A stretch of DNA of 43,281 nt, taken from assembly GCA_002785215.1 (NCBI GenBank), contig PFMK01000091.1, positions 1 through 43,281 of the forward strand, given 5' to 3'. Position 1 is the stretch's first letter; each line of letters starts with the position of its first letter. This document shows positions 35,105 to 43,178 of this stretch, one piece after another. The notes beneath the pieces were generated by a model, which was not told the origin of the DNA, did no database searches, and was given only the letters and a program-made list of their open reading frames with translations. Source of the stretch: Candidatus Gottesmanbacteria bacterium CG_4_10_14_0_8_um_filter_37_24 (GTDB lineage Bacteria; Patescibacteriota; Microgenomatia; 2-02-FULL-39-11). Made by a program: the position numbers and the translations under genes.

Positions 35105-35761
35105 TGAAATAACCTGGTGAAGAAACAGTTCTTTAGCAAATAATCCCATCGATTCCTCGTAAAAAGAAAGGAATGAGTTTTGAGAAGGTTTCCGTTTGAA
35201 GTAAATCTCTCCATTCTTTTGATTAAATAAAATTAAGCCTATATCATGTCTATCAAGATAAGAATAGTCGATATTTGTTTCGTAGTTAGATAAGATTGCT
35301 AGATAACATTCATCGGTGTAACTTTTATATCTTCTTGCCTGCAGAACCCCTTGTTTCCAATCCTTTATTTTAGCCTCAATTGCTATAAGTTTCTTAATAG
35401 GATTTAAAATAGTATTTACTTTTTTAAAGTATTTTCTTCCGTCTTTAACAATATAATCACCAACTGCTAACAACTGAATAATCTCTCTACTAATATATTT
35501 GCTTGTGCCAGAGATTCTTATAACATCTTCTACTGTAAAAAGCGTGTCATTTGGTAATGAAAGAAAACTTTTTAGAGCGTAATAATTATTTATAGGTTTT
35601 CTATTTATAGAATTATTATTTGTAAAGAAGTCTTTTGCGAAGGCTAAATCTGCTATCCCATAACCTGCGGAGAATTCTTGAATAGCAATATCGGTATGGA
35701 AGGTTTTTTTTAATCCTTTGGCTAATTCAGCTACCAACTGATTTTCTGTCTGGATTTGCAT
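35090..35761 (-). CDS. PD-(D/E)XK nuclease-fold protein with an inserted winged-helix-like segment
   Basis: E29...GIAD38LAF and, about 90 residues later, IAIE128AK130IKDWKQGVLQARRY form a split D...ExK motif. The segment between them (FTVEDVIRISGTSKYISREIIQLLAVGDYIV) looks wHTH-like. The gene is convergent with the kinase gene and overlaps it by 15 nt. Confidence 0.55.
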   Translation of the reverse strand: MQIQTENQLVAELAKGLKKTFHTDIAIQEFSAGYGIADLAFAKDFFTNNNSINRKPINNYYALKSFLSLPNDTLFTVEDVIRISGTSKYISREIIQLLAVGDYIVKDGRKYFKKVNTILNPIKKLIAIEAKIKDWKQGVLQARRYKSYTDECYLAILSNYETNIDYSYLDRHDIGLILFNQKNGEIYFKRKPSQNSFLSFYEESMGLFAKELFLHQVISLKFH

Positions 35762-36015
35762 TTCTGTATTTAGAATAGCACAAATAACTTTTTTTTACTC
35801 TAGCATCAATTTAACAGCTAAATGTATCTATTTTCATTAAAACGAGATAATGATTCGGAAAGAAAAGTGTACATGAAAATTACTTTAAAGGTATTGCATT
35901 TATCAGTATACAGGAAATCAGACTGGTATTAGTAGCATATTATTTGTGAAAGATGGTACGAAGAAGTATAATTCTTAGCATACAGTAATAGATGATTAGG
36001 ATAAGATAATTTATT

Positions 36016-37026
36016 ATGGATATACAGAAAATAAAAATCAAAGGTGATTACAAACTGGCAGATATTGTCCATGATATTGAAAAGGGGATATTGCGGATTC
36101 CACAGTTTCAAAGAGAGTTTGTGTGGGATAAGCCAAGAGTGATTAAACTTCTAGAGAGTATATATCTTGAGTATCCAATTGGCTCTTTTTTCTTCTGGGA
36201 TGCACCAAGAAAATACTATGACTTTTATCGGGATATTGCCGAGTTGGGACTTCCTAAGCCTGATAAATACGAAAAGATTGTTTTTATTCTTGACGGCCAA
36301 CAACGGCTTACTTCCCTTTATGTAACAGTTAAAGGATTAACTCTATATGGCAGGGATTATAAAAAGATTTGTTTTGATTTAGACGAGAAAGTTTTTGTTG
36401 ACAGAACTCCAGACAATCAGCGGTATGTTTCCATCTGTGATTTGCTTTCCAACGAAAGATATGATGTTTATGAAGGTTTGACTGTTGAGCATAAAAAAGC
36501 GTTTAATGAGTGTTTTCAAAGGTTTAACAATTATCCTTTTTCGGCCATTGACGTTCGGGATAAAGAATTGGATGAGGTATGCGATATTTTTGAACGGATT
36601 AACCAAGGCGGGCAAAAACTTAATTTGTTTGACCTTATATCCGCCAGCACCTGGACACCCGAATTTGATTTACGGCTAGCGGTCAAAGGAGAAAACGAGA
36701 AGTTAAAAACAAAGGGATTCGGAGAAATTGACAACGAAGTCTACCTTCAGGCACTTTCTCTTATTGCCAAGGGTTCATGCACCAGACCTGTTCAGTTACA
36801 GTTGAAAGCCGAAGATGTCGGTAAGTTTTGGCAGAATACTATCGAATCCATCGCCCTGGCGATTGATTATTTGAGAAACAATTTAGGCGTTGTTAATTCT
36901 ATCTTTATTCCTTACCGCAGTATGATTGCCTTGGTTGCCTATCTGTTTTTCAAAAGTGGTAGGAAGCTTAAACCACGAACAATCAGAACTTCTAGCTCAA
37001 TGGTTCTGGCAGACCACATTCTCTGA
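36016..37026 (+). CDS. GmrSD-like type IV restriction enzyme, N-terminal DUF262 (ParB-like) fragment before a frameshift
   Basis: IPQFQREFVWDKPRVIKLLESIYLEYPIGSFFFWD and ILDGQQRLTSL are the DUF262 signatures. The reading frame ends in nonsense (KLKPRTIRTSSSMVLADHIL) after the T5/A4 runs at 36946-36955. Confidence 0.8.
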   Translation: MDIQKIKIKGDYKLADIVHDIEKGILRIPQFQREFVWDKPRVIKLLESIYLEYPIGSFFFWDAPRKYYDFYRDIAELGLPKPDKYEKIVFILDGQQRLTSLYVTVKGLTLYGRDYKKICFDLDEKVFVDRTPDNQRYVSICDLLSNERYDVYEGLTVEHKKAFNECFQRFNNYPFSAIDVRDKELDEVCDIFERINQGGQKLNLFDLISASTWTPEFDLRLAVKGENEKLKTKGFGEIDNEVYLQALSLIAKGSCTRPVQLQLKAEDVGKFWQNTIESIALAIDYLRNNLGVVNSIFIPYRSMIALVAYLFFKSGRKLKPRTIRTSSSMVLADHIL

Positions 37027-38425
37027 AAGATATGGAGCATCAATTTTGACTCTTATGACGGAAGACAGAAGAATTATGGATAAAATCGCTGAAGAGAGAG
37101 ATGTTACTATACGCTATCCCAATGATATAAATATAGAATCATTGATGGATATAAGGATGTATAGGAAGTCCGCTATCAAAAATGGAGTGTTATGTCTTCT
37201 TACTAGACGAAACCCTCTTCATTTTAAAAACAACACACAGCTACCTTTGAGAGACGTCTACTACTCAGATTTCAATAACGCTGAAAGACACCATATCTTC
37301 CCAAAATCTATTGTACAGAAAGCCTACCCCGCTATAAAAGTCCATTCACTGCCTAATTTCTGTTTTATACCAGCAGAACTCAATAAAGAAATTTCAAACA
37401 AAAAGCCAAGTAAATACTTTGCAGAGTTTGCCTCTGAAAATCCAGATTTTGAAGATACGCTCAAGACACACCTTATCAAATACGATGAATCTATTAAGAC
37501 CGATGATTTTATTTCCTTTCTCTCTTCAAGAGCAGCAGCTATGCTTGAGGAAATAACAAGAGCTACAGGTTCAAAAATAAGTAGAGTATCAGCTGATGAC
37601 GCTAATAAGGCGATAGACAAGGTAGAGAAATCCTTAAGGAATTTGTTGGATAAGAAGTTATCAGTAAAGAATGTAAATTACTGGAAAGGTCCTATTCCGG
37701 GCGATATTGTAGACGTAGTAAAAGGAAGATTGGACGATTATTTGAAGAAAGACCCTTCAAAAACAGTTAACGATTTTACCCCAAGAGATTTACTCGATTT
37801 CTGTGACATCATGGATTACTACAAAATAATCATCTGCAACTGGGACATATTCCAATCTCTTTTTAGGTCGAAAGTAGAAACTGAAAAAAGGTTTATCAAC
37901 CTCAAAGAATATCGCAACACTGTAAAACATAACAGAGGAGAAATCGTACCTTTTATAAAGAAAGAGGGAGAAGCGGCATTAGAGTGGTTATCGATTATCT
38001 TGGAGGAAAAAAGTAAAAAGAAGGAAGAAAAGTCTATAGCCCAAGATGATATTGGTATCGTATCTCACAAGATAAATAGCAAAGAAGAAATAGACACGAT
38101 TGTCTGCCCGGCAAAAGAAGATGGTTTTAAAGCGACCTTTTTAGGTGAGAAACAATGGTATTCAATAAGAATATCTTCATCAGTCATACCAAGACTTAAA
38201 TACTTGGCAATTTATGAAGTTTCACCAGTTAGCGCTATACGTTGGGCAGGTAAAGTACTGAAAGTTGAACTATTTGAGAATGGACCTAAATATAGAGTCT
38301 ATCTTTCAGAAATATTCAAAGTAGGACCTATTGAAAAAGATAGCCCAAAATTTGTTCCTCAGGGTTCTCGATATACGAAGTTTGATTTGCTCTCCAAAGC
38401 TAAAAAACTCTCTGATATTTTTTAG
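36926..38425 (+). CDS. GmrSD-like enzyme, C-terminal fragment: DUF262 helical part + DUF1524 (His-Me finger) + Swt1-like HEPN + small beta-rich terminal module
   Basis: The +1 frame continues with SLNHEQSELLAQWFWQTTFSERYG (DUF262 middle region), then NNAERHHIFPKS (DUF1524), then NLKEYR-NTVK-H (Rx4H, 37913-37930). A terminal module, YLAIYEVSPVSAIRWAGKV...RYTKFDLL, follows. The TTG start in the track is an artefact of the frameshift. Confidence 0.78.
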   Translation: MPWLPICFSKVVGSLNHEQSELLAQWFWQTTFSERYGASILTLMTEDRRIMDKIAEERDVTIRYPNDINIESLMDIRMYRKSAIKNGVLCLLTRRNPLHFKNNTQLPLRDVYYSDFNNAERHHIFPKSIVQKAYPAIKVHSLPNFCFIPAELNKEISNKKPSKYFAEFASENPDFEDTLKTHLIKYDESIKTDDFISFLSSRAAAMLEEITRATGSKISRVSADDANKAIDKVEKSLRNLLDKKLSVKNVNYWKGPIPGDIVDVVKGRLDDYLKKDPSKTVNDFTPRDLLDFCDIMDYYKIIICNWDIFQSLFRSKVETEKRFINLKEYRNTVKHNRGEIVPFIKKEGEAALEWLSIILEEKSKKKEEKSIAQDDIGIVSHKINSKEEIDTIVCPAKEDGFKATFLGEKQWYSIRISSSVIPRLKYLAIYEVSPVSAIRWAGKVLKVELFENGPKYRVYLSEIFKVGPIEKDSPKFVPQGSRYTKFDLLSKAKKLSDIF

Positions 38426-38438
38426 AAACGATTATTCT

Positions 38439-38591
38439 ATGAAGATAAACAAAGAGTGGCATCTGAAAAATAGGATGCCTAAAAATCCCTCACTTGAAGA
38501 ACGAATAAAGTGGCATATAGAACACGTCAAGAATTGTGCTTGCAGACCTATACCGAAGAGACTGCAGACAGAAATTGAAAAGAGTATATAA
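38439..38591 (+). CDS. Small conserved hypothetical protein (50 aa, Cys-x-Cys)
   Basis: MKINKEWHLKNRMPKNPSLEERIKWHIEHVKNCACRPIPKRL resembles a recurrent small-protein family of unknown function. I prefer the ATG at 38439 to the track start at 38331, which overlaps the preceding gene. Confidence 0.5.
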   Translation: MKINKEWHLKNRMPKNPSLEERIKWHIEHVKNCACRPIPKRLQTEIEKSI

Positions 38592-38626
38592 AGACAATAA
38601 TACTTCAGTCCTTATAATATGACATT

Positions 38627-39184
38627 ATGTTTATAAAAGATTTATTATCTGAATTTATTTCAAAAATATCCAGTGGAGAATTGGAAATATACAATGAGGC
38701 AAGTATTCAATATGAGCTTGCTATCTTTCTCAGACAAAGACTTCCTAATTACAAAGTGCAACTTGAGAGAAGCATTAGATATTTTGGACTAAAGAAGCAG
38801 GGGTTTGAAAAGAGAGAAATTGACATTGTCATCTACGATACTGCTTTGCAGGATAAACATGCTATTGAGTTAAAATATCCGACAAATGGTCAATATCCTG
38901 AGCAGATGTTTAGTTTCTGTAAAGACATACGATTCTTAGAGCAATTAGCAGAGAACGGCTTTCATGAGAACTTATTTATCGTATTTGCAGATGACGCAAA
39001 CTTTTGGACAGGAAAATCCGCAGAAGACTCAATATACAGATTTTTTAGGGGTGGAATAGAGCTTCAAGGAACAATTACAAAACCCACAGGGAAAAAGAGC
39101 CATGAAATAGAACTCAGAAGAAACTATACTGTAAAATGGGAAAATATGAATGAAAAATTAAAATACTGGATTGCCGAAATATAA
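38627..39184 (+). CDS. PD-(D/E)XK nuclease-fold protein
   Basis: N-terminal helix with E..IQYELAIFLR, then EIDIVIYD...HAIELKYP (D...ExK). Length is 185 aa. Confidence 0.55.
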   Translation: MFIKDLLSEFISKISSGELEIYNEASIQYELAIFLRQRLPNYKVQLERSIRYFGLKKQGFEKREIDIVIYDTALQDKHAIELKYPTNGQYPEQMFSFCKDIRFLEQLAENGFHENLFIVFADDANFWTGKSAEDSIYRFFRGGIELQGTITKPTGKKSHEIELRRNYTVKWENMNEKLKYWIAEI

Positions 39185-39186
39185 TC

Positions 39187-39927
39187 ATGACAAGAAGACT
39201 GAATTCTTTTGAGCTTCATTTCAAAGATAAGAATGACCATGATAATGCAGTAATTATAGACAAAGAACCTGATACATGTCCTCTCTGTAATCATGGTATT
39301 GAGGCACTACTTATTGATGCATATGGTAAATCTGACTTAAACAAAGGTCATTTTATTCAATCCATATACAAGTGTCCTCGTATAGATTGTCAGACAGTTT
39401 TTATCGCATATTACACTTCGGGCTCTTGGTATGGACCTAGAAATATCAGTGAGTATGTTTTTCTTCAAAATACTTTTATACCAGCATATATAAAAGAGGA
39501 GAACTTTGAAAAAGAGATTGAAAGATTATCACCACAGTTTGTAGAAATATATACCCAAGCAAGTATTGCTGAAAACATGGGATTGAAAGCTATTTGCGGA
39601 GCAGGATACCGCAAGGCTTTAGAATACCTGATTAAAGACTATCTAAAACTGACCATGCCCACGATTACTAAAGAAGTAGAGAATCACTATTTAGGTTATG
39701 TGATAGCTAACTATGTTGGAAATGAAAGAATCAAAAAAATGGCAGGTTTAGCAAAGAACGTAGGCAACGATGAAACTCATTACATAAGGAAAATAGACAA
39801 ACTATCTTTAGAAGATTTAAAAAAGCTGATAAGACTTACTACTCATTGGATAACTGACGAATTGCTTACAGAAGAATACGCCACAATTTACGAAAAGTTA
39901 ATGACTAATGACAAAGATAAAAAATAA
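39187..39927 (+). CDS. Zn-ribbon + DUF4145 (HEPN-superfamily) protein
   Basis: CPLCNHG...CPRIDCQ at the N-terminus. The C-terminal AICGAGYRKALEYLIKDY...LAKNVGNDETHY fits the DUF4145 pattern (R.alE.l......GN...H). The gene starts 2 nt after the preceding stop. Confidence 0.6.
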   Translation: MTRRLNSFELHFKDKNDHDNAVIIDKEPDTCPLCNHGIEALLIDAYGKSDLNKGHFIQSIYKCPRIDCQTVFIAYYTSGSWYGPRNISEYVFLQNTFIPAYIKEENFEKEIERLSPQFVEIYTQASIAENMGLKAICGAGYRKALEYLIKDYLKLTMPTITKEVENHYLGYVIANYVGNERIKKMAGLAKNVGNDETHYIRKIDKLSLEDLKKLIRLTTHWITDELLTEEYATIYEKLMTNDKDKK

Positions 39928-39993
39928 TCGTTAAACACTGTTTATTTAACGATTTAAAGATAACTGTCGATAAGTTAATGTTTAAACGATACT

Positions 39994-40905
39994 CTAACTC
40001 ATCTTCAGTAATTTTGAAGCAACCACAGCTAAAAGACTGCCTGTAAAATTTGAAATTGTGTCTGTAGCCACCCTTTTTAACCAAGCAACAGCCTTATTTT
40101 TAAAATTTTTATCTTTTTTAATCCTTTTCTCAAATTCATTCTTCACTATTCTATGGATTCTCCTTTTCAAAACATCATCACTAACTTCTGAATAAGTCTT
40201 ATCAATCTTTTTAATTATTTCAGTCCATTTACTCAATGGAGATTCACTTAATAAGTCAACATTCTTAGAAATGTCTTTAACAATTTTTTGATGATTTATT
40301 TTTATTATTTGTGGGGAGTTTCTTTTATTTATTGAAGCATCGATATTTGAATTTATGACATCTCCCCCTACATTAATATTAGTTATTTGATTAATGCCAT
40401 TTTTTTTGGAAAAGATTTTTTTATAAATTATTACTTGTCTTTCATCTGCTTCTCTAAATTTATAGAATACATTTTTTCTTGGGACTATTCTCAAAATCTC
40501 TGCAGCTACTTCTAATTCTCCTTCTTTGAATAAAACATTAAACCATTTTAAAAAATTTCTACCTAGTATAGGACAAGGCACTTCTATTTTGGGAGAAAAA
40601 AAGACATCCAAAGGAAATTCGACAGTAGAAAGTCTACAACTAAGTTTAGTACTATATACATTTATTACACGACTGTCGATACCTATAACCTGATTAGTCT
40701 CTAATTTTTTATAGTTAACTTTACCTTCAAATAATGACAGTATTATTTTATAAGGAACTAAGGACATGTCTGCCCCTGTATCTAATAGAAAACGAAAACT
40801 GTAGGCTCTATTTTTTAACCCCAAAATATCTACAGGGATTATAGGGGTAGCTATCTTGCCAAAACCAATACTATCTCGAAATTCATAAGGGAATCTATAA
40901 ATCAT
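39994..40905 (-). CDS. Retropepsin-like (clan AA) aspartic protease domain protein with a ~170-aa C-terminal extension
   Basis: FRFLLDTGADMSLVP carries the D-T-G-A catalytic motif, and ILGRNFL is the typical downstream strand. The C-terminus is Lys-rich and ends in a hydrophobic helix (SLLAVVASKLL). Confidence 0.6.
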   Translation of the reverse strand: MIYRFPYEFRDSIGFGKIATPIIPVDILGLKNRAYSFRFLLDTGADMSLVPYKIILSLFEGKVNYKKLETNQVIGIDSRVINVYSTKLSCRLSTVEFPLDVFFSPKIEVPCPILGRNFLKWFNVLFKEGELEVAAEILRIVPRKNVFYKFREADERQVIIYKKIFSKKNGINQITNINVGGDVINSNIDASINKRNSPQIIKINHQKIVKDISKNVDLLSESPLSKWTEIIKKIDKTYSEVSDDVLKRRIHRIVKNEFEKRIKKDKNFKNKAVAWLKRVATDTISNFTGSLLAVVASKLLKMS

Positions 40906-41010
40906 ATCAATAGACTTCTTGCGTAATTAGGTAATGACTGTATTTCTTGTTACGCAATACGTTTATTATACTACAGAGATATATCGTGAGTAAGACTGTG
41001 GGGTAAATGA

Positions 41011-41043
41011 AAGAGGCTAGGTTATTTTACTTCCTAGCCTCTT
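41011..41043 (-). terminator. Hairpin terminator between the small-gene cluster and the protease gene
   Basis: aagaggctagg (41011-41021) pairs perfectly with cctagcctctt (41033-41043). The minus strand continues UCAUUU, a weak U-tract. Confidence 0.5.
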
Positions 41044-41060
41044 TTAACCAAGCTTAATCT

Positions 41061-41459
41061 TTACTTTTTTATATTCCTTGGTTTTAGAAATGGAGCTACC
41101 ACGTCTATCTCTCTTATAGCATCATCTATACTCTCAAACTCTTTCCCTAAGTCTTTTCCTGATGGTGTCATTATCCGTGTAGAACCGTCTTTTAACCCGC
41201 CATAGACTTCTATCACACAGCTCTTGTATGGCAGTATTAAATCTGGCATATGAAGTCCTGCTGGATTCTCTTTTGAGTGTATATTTAACTCTTCTTCCTC
41301 TCTAGCTTCTTGTTCAGCTGCTAAAACTATCCGAGAGGTTTTTCCCAATCTTTTATGACTTACCAACACGTATCCTAAAGCTAAGAAGAACAGCCAGTAT
41401 TCTCCGCTTATAAGAGTTCCAAGGACTAATAGAATTTCGTATGGTAGTAACGACTTCAT
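41061..41459 (-). CDS. Small membrane protein, hypothetical
   Basis: 132-aa ORF with an N-terminal TM pair (LLVLGTLISGEYWLFFLALGYVLV). It overlaps the upstream gene by 4 nt. Confidence 0.5.
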   Translation of the reverse strand: MKSLLPYEILLVLGTLISGEYWLFFLALGYVLVSHKRLGKTSRIVLAAEQEAREEEELNIHSKENPAGLHMPDLILPYKSCVIEVYGGLKDGSTRIMTPSGKDLGKEFESIDDAIREIDVVAPFLKPRNIKK

Positions 41460-41710
41460 GCTTTTTTGTTTTGCTTTTTAACTTCTTTCTTATTATTAAC
41501 AGCCTCTTGTTTGACTGTATTTGCTTTGTCATTTACAGATTTAACCTCTAATGGTTTTAGTTCCTTATTTGCTTTCTTTAGAGCTTTTCGCTTCTCATAG
41601 TATCGTTTTGCTGCCATTTTGCCCTTTTCCGATTGTTGGTATTTTTTTCTTGAAGCTACACCTTTCGAACTGTAATAATAACGTTTTTGTGATTCTGTCC
41701 ATTTACCCAT
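41456..41710 (-). CDS. Small Lys-rich basic protein, hypothetical (phage/plasmid-like)
   Basis: The ORF track starts at 41731. The ATG at 41708-41710 (MGKWTESQKRYYY...) lies 8 nt after AAGGAGGTGAT. Confidence 0.5.
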   Translation of the reverse strand: MGKWTESQKRYYYSSKGVASRKKYQQSEKGKMAAKRYYEKRKALKKANKELKPLEVKSVNDKANTVKQEAVNNKKEVKKQNKKA

Positions 41711-41746
41711 TTTCATCACCTCCTTAAACATTTATTAAACTAAACT

Positions 41747-41929
41747 TCAAAACAGATTTACTAACACTTCTTTTGGCACTAGATTCTTTCTAATCATTTG
41801 AGCGAGCAATTTGTCTCCTTTTTCACTATCAAACTCTACAAACTCTGGAAGTCTGTCTAATGGTACTTTCCTGAATTGTTTTAATCTGTAATCTACTGTA
41901 TAGCCTTTATATGTAGGTAATATATTCAT
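41747..41929 (-). CDS. Small hypothetical protein
   Basis: 60-aa ORF preceded by GGAGGTGATGAAGC-ATG. Confidence 0.45.
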   Translation of the reverse strand: MNILPTYKGYTVDYRLKQFRKVPLDRLPEFVEFDSEKGDKLLAQMIRKNLVPKEVLVNLF

Positions 41930-41985
41930 GCTTCATCACCTCCTGACGATATAAATAAAGTTAACAACGGCCTTTTTAGGCCCTG

Positions 41986-42189
41986 TTATTCCAGAACCTT
42001 CACTATGACCACATAGTAGGTATTTGAGCTGTTCCAGCCACTATACAAGAAGTTGCATTTTGTGATATTAAGCCTGTTACATACCTCGTCTTTGAAATCA
42101 TCCTCGCTGTCCGCTTCCATCTTCTCAGCCTGACTTGCAGTTAACACCAATACTTTGGTTGTTTCGTTGTCGATGATTTGTTCTTTCAT
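41986..42189 (-). CDS. Small acidic hypothetical protein
   Basis: The ORF track starts at 42228. The ATG at 42187-42189 (MKEQIIDN...) is preceded by AAGGAGAGAAAT. Confidence 0.45.
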   Translation of the reverse strand: MKEQIIDNETTKVLVLTASQAEKMEADSEDDFKDEVCNRLNITKCNFLYSGWNSSNTYYVVIVKVLE

Positions 42190-42782
42190 ATTTCTCTCCT
42201 TCTTTGTAACCTTGATAACTCTATCCATACCATCTGCACTTCAGAGAAAAAGGTCAACAGTCAAAATAGAGTTTTGGATTGTTGGGAAAAGATAAAGTCT
42301 TCAATCAGAAGAGGTCAGAAGTATTTAAGAAAGATATTCCAGTTATGGAGTATCTCAGGCAAGATAAGAAACATTCCGTCATTGATTAGGGAAATGCAAT
42401 AGATTGATATAGTTACTCCGTCTATTTAAAATACCTTCAATTTTTGGTATATTACGAATACACATAAGCAAAAGAGGTTTGTGTGTTGGCTTGAGAACCG
42501 TAGTTAGGTCACAGCAGGAATAAGAGCAGGTTTCACTCTTTCTATCTCTTCTCTTATTTGCTGTACTAGTTTGAAATCTTGGAATATCTCGATAACCCTT
42601 CGATACTGAGCGGAGCCGAAGTACTCAGGATAAATATGCAGAAATCGCTTGGTTATATTAGAGTTACGATTCTCGAGCCAGGTATTTTCCGCACGACTTC
42701 TGCATACAAATTACCTGGAAAAATCCTATAATACATTGCTATCTTCTACTCTTCCTGTTATACTGATGAGAACGAAAATATA

Positions 42783-43178
42783 ATGATAATACCTTTTTTT
42801 ATTCCCTCCTCTCTTTCTATAACAAAATGGGCATACCAAAAATCAAAACTTAAGTCCATACCAGAGTGGGATGAACTGATAACTACTATAGAAAATGCTG
42901 ATCTTCTATTAACCCTTGCATCAGATCAAAATTGTCCCCAGAGAGCCTCTATTTTGAAATGTCTATACTCTCTCGTAGGAACAAGTGCATCAAAACATAT
43001 TGATGTGGATATTGTGAAAATAAATATGTTACTGGATAAAGCAAAATCATCTCCTGACCAGGTTATTCTCAATTGGGTGAACAGGTCACGGATGATATTA
43101 GGTGATCTAAGAAAGTTTGATTATATAGAATGGTGCCGAGGTGGTTTTTCGGAAAAAGATTTACCCGCAGTCCATTAG
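42783..43178 (+). CDS. Hypothetical protein
   Basis: 131-aa ORF. I recognised no motif. Confidence 0.4.
   Translation: MIIPFFIPSSLSITKWAYQKSKLKSIPEWDELITTIENADLLLTLASDQNCPQRASILKCLYSLVGTSASKHIDVDIVKINMLLDKAKSSPDQVILNWVNRSRMILGDLRKFDYIEWCRGGFSEKDLPAVH

Noticed and set aside
42603-42628. Hairpin-like tactgagcggagccgaagtactcag, similar in flavour to the 17553-17664 element
   Set aside because: It is short and single, and it has no extended similarity to the other element. I noted it but did not call it a repeat family.
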